DNA of 64,000 nucleotides from positions 242,755-306,754 of the forward strand of contig CAWDIO010000008.1 of assembly GCA_963802385.1 (NCBI GenBank). The letters run 5' to 3'. The notes under the pieces were generated by a model, which saw nothing but the letters and a program-made list of their open reading frames with translations, made no database searches and had not been told where the DNA came from. This DNA comes from an uncultured Acidimicrobiales bacterium. GTDB taxonomy: Bacteria; Actinomycetota; Acidimicrobiia; Acidimicrobiales; VFJN01. A program made the translations under genes and the position numbers. Shown here piece after piece: positions 63,676 through 64,000 of this stretch (the first letter of the stretch is position 1; every line of letters starts with the position of its first letter).

Positions 63676-64000
63676 ATGGCTCAGCGGACAGACCACCCTC
63701 CCAGTACCGACGACTCGGTTAGCCGCAATGCGGTGCGTCGGGCGATCATCGGCGGCGCCGCCGGTCTCGCCCTGCTCGTCGGCCCAGTGATCCTCGCCAA
63801 CGTCGTCGTTCCCGACGGCGGGCAGGACCGGGTCGAAGCGGCAGCCGAGTCGCAGACGTCCCTCGTCGCCCTGCGGCGCAGCGCGTCCGTGGCCGATCTG
63901 GCCAAGGGAAACGCCGCCATGTCGCTGCGGACGACCACCACCCCACCGCCGCCACCGCCCACGGAGCCCCCGCCGCCTCCCACCACGGAGCCGCCGACGA
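63676..64000 (+). CDS. secreted/membrane Pro-rich protein (5' part; continues beyond window)
   Basis: ATG 63676 after RBS ggaaggag; signal-anchor AIIGGAAGLALLVGPVILA, then TTTPPPPPPTEPPPPPTTEPP. Confidence 0.55.
   Translation, partial: MAQRTDHPPSTDDSVSRNAVRRAIIGGAAGLALLVGPVILANVVVPDGGQDRVEAAAESQTSLVALRRSASVADLAKGNAAMSLRTTTTPPPPPPTEPPPPPTTEPPT

Overview
High-GC (~72%) actinobacterial-type chromosomal window (imuA'-imuB/dnaE2 SOS mutasome, F420-related enzymes, fbiD next to gpsA, LmbE-like deacetylase, many GTG starts and ATGA/GTGA overlaps). I call about 68 protein-coding genes. I found no rRNA, tRNA, CRISPR array or transposase/integrase. In coordinate order the main content is:
- an NfeD–SPFH pair next to a PhoU/TrkA-C regulator and an MgtE-like divalent-cation permease;
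- the error-prone polymerase DnaE2 behind a Cheo-type LexA box, carrying a repeat-containing low-complexity insert;
- a cluster of small detox/stress enzymes (DUF4242, PPOX, DinB, ATP-grasp, VOC) with two TetR regulators;
- imuA'-imuB behind a second LexA box;
- glmS, gdh, and an Nfu_N protein;
- a split ArgZ-like arginine dihydrolase/TIGR00300 pair, then rnhB;
- a secreted serine hydrolase, PPK2, and a flotillin-like SPFH protein;
- an LLM(F420)–cyclase–methyltransferase operon;
- a GH38 alpha-mannosidase, an APH-fold kinase, and a gpsA–GH15-like glycosidase–adenylate cyclase operon, diverging from fbiD-LmbE;
- a candidate polymorphic toxin (RTX repeats plus a C-terminal HExxH metallopeptidase) followed by a lipoprotein and a small protein;
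- a PIN-PhoH2 fusion;
- an AapJQMP-type amino-acid ABC transporter;
- an OmpR-family gene remnant;
- an overlapping hemolysin-III/DEDDh exonuclease pair;
- a family III CoA transferase.
At least 17 otherwise-conserved genes show single-base frame breaks, several located at G/C homopolymer runs. I read these as assembly indel errors rather than true pseudogenes.
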